From: the human T2T-CHM13v2.0 reference genome, Homo sapiens
Direction: 5' to 3' (one strand)
Assembly: GCF_009914755.1 (NCBI RefSeq)
Contig: NC_060934.1
DNA: 64,000 bases
The notes under the pieces were generated by a model. That model was given only the letters and a program-made list of their open reading frames with translations, searched no databases and was not told the DNA's origin. This document shows, piece by piece, positions 63,119-64,000 of the stretch. The position numbers and the translations under genes were made by a program. Within the stretch, counting starts at the first letter, position 1, and the number at the start of each line of letters is the position of its first letter.

Positions 63119-63310
63119 TGTGTTCTCAAGCAGGGACAATTTTACTTTTCAGGGGATAGTTGTCAATGTCTAGAAGCCTTTGTGATTGTCAAAACTTGGA
63201 GAGGAGGAGGTACACTACTGGCCAGAGACACTGCTAAGCATCCTATAGCCCCCTCTGCATTAAATAATTGTCTGACCCAAAATGTCATAGTGCCAATGTT
63301 GAGAAGCTGT
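63119..63310. mobile_element. MER20-like hAT MITE
   Basis: TTCTCAAGCAGGGACAATTTT...GACCCAAAATGTCATAGTGCCAATGTTGAGAAGCTG. Confidence 0.75.
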
Positions 63311-63384
63311 GCTCTACATTCTTCTTATTCCTTTATTAAATCATTATTATGTGTGAAGTGACTGTTACATAACTAGTAGTAAAC

Positions 63385-63600
63385 AATATTTTATTGACCA
63401 CTTATCACGTGCCATGCTCTATTCTAAGAACTACATACATTCATTCTATTTATCCTCACTATACTACAAAATAGGGTAGGCTATAATTCCATTTTACAGA
63501 TGAGGAAATTGAAGCACAGAAGAGGTAACATCCACAATCACATAGCCTGCAGAAGATAGATCTGGATTTATAGTCAGGTAATTTGGTTTTAGAAGCCCAT
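63385..63600 (-). mobile_element. MIR
   Basis: Core CCATTTTACAGATGAGGAAATTGAAGCACAGA. Confidence 0.8.
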
Positions 63601-64000
63601 CCACTGTGGTAAAGGAAATCAAGTGCTGCTTATTATTTCCCTTGACTTTCTCCTATGCTCTTGCAACTCTAAGAAAAGGACCTTGGCAAATCTCAATCTA
63701 CAGAATAATTCATAATTCTGGGAGCTCCACAGAAAATAAAAGTTATTTATTTATTTATTTATTTATTTATAGCTGTTGCAGTGTTCTGCCACAGGTATAG
63801 TCAACTTTGTCTGCAAAGTTAAAATTTTTAAAATGAAAGAATTAACAATTCCTCCCCTAATTATATATATATATAAATAAATGTAGGCCTTAACATTAAC
63901 ACAAATCATTGAAGTTTCATGGGTCAAAAATTTAGGCAGATATGTAGTTTGTAGGCATCTTATACTAATTAGTTAACATACTACTTCTTTTATTTTTATT

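Overview
This window is primate nuclear DNA, probably catarrhine and human-like, judged from AluJ/S/Y, L1, L2, MIR, MaLR/ERVL LTRs and hAT MITEs. It is not prokaryotic. I cannot support any protein-coding gene: the supplied ORFs are Alu/L1 read-throughs or chance ORFs in AT-rich DNA. I cannot assign the locus from sequence alone. The window has two compositional halves: an Alu-dense block (1 to ~25 kb, ~28 Alu loci) and an AT-rich, Alu-poor block (~25-64 kb, 7 loci). The most notable element is a ~1.24-kb minus-strand NUMT (40101-41343) containing the right half of the control region, tRNA-Phe and the 5' part of 12S rRNA. It is clearly diverged from human mtDNA and keeps a CpG-rich ACGT tandem array next to CSB1, which the human control region lacks. 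Other notable items are a 35-nt U2 snRNA retrocopy with a target-site duplication (TSD), a 136-bp near-perfect palindrome, a perfect 62-bp direct duplication, three Alu trimers and a hairpin covering a candidate splice acceptor. I found no convincing new multi-gene system. Repeat subfamily names and most repeat boundaries were assigned by eye and are approximate.
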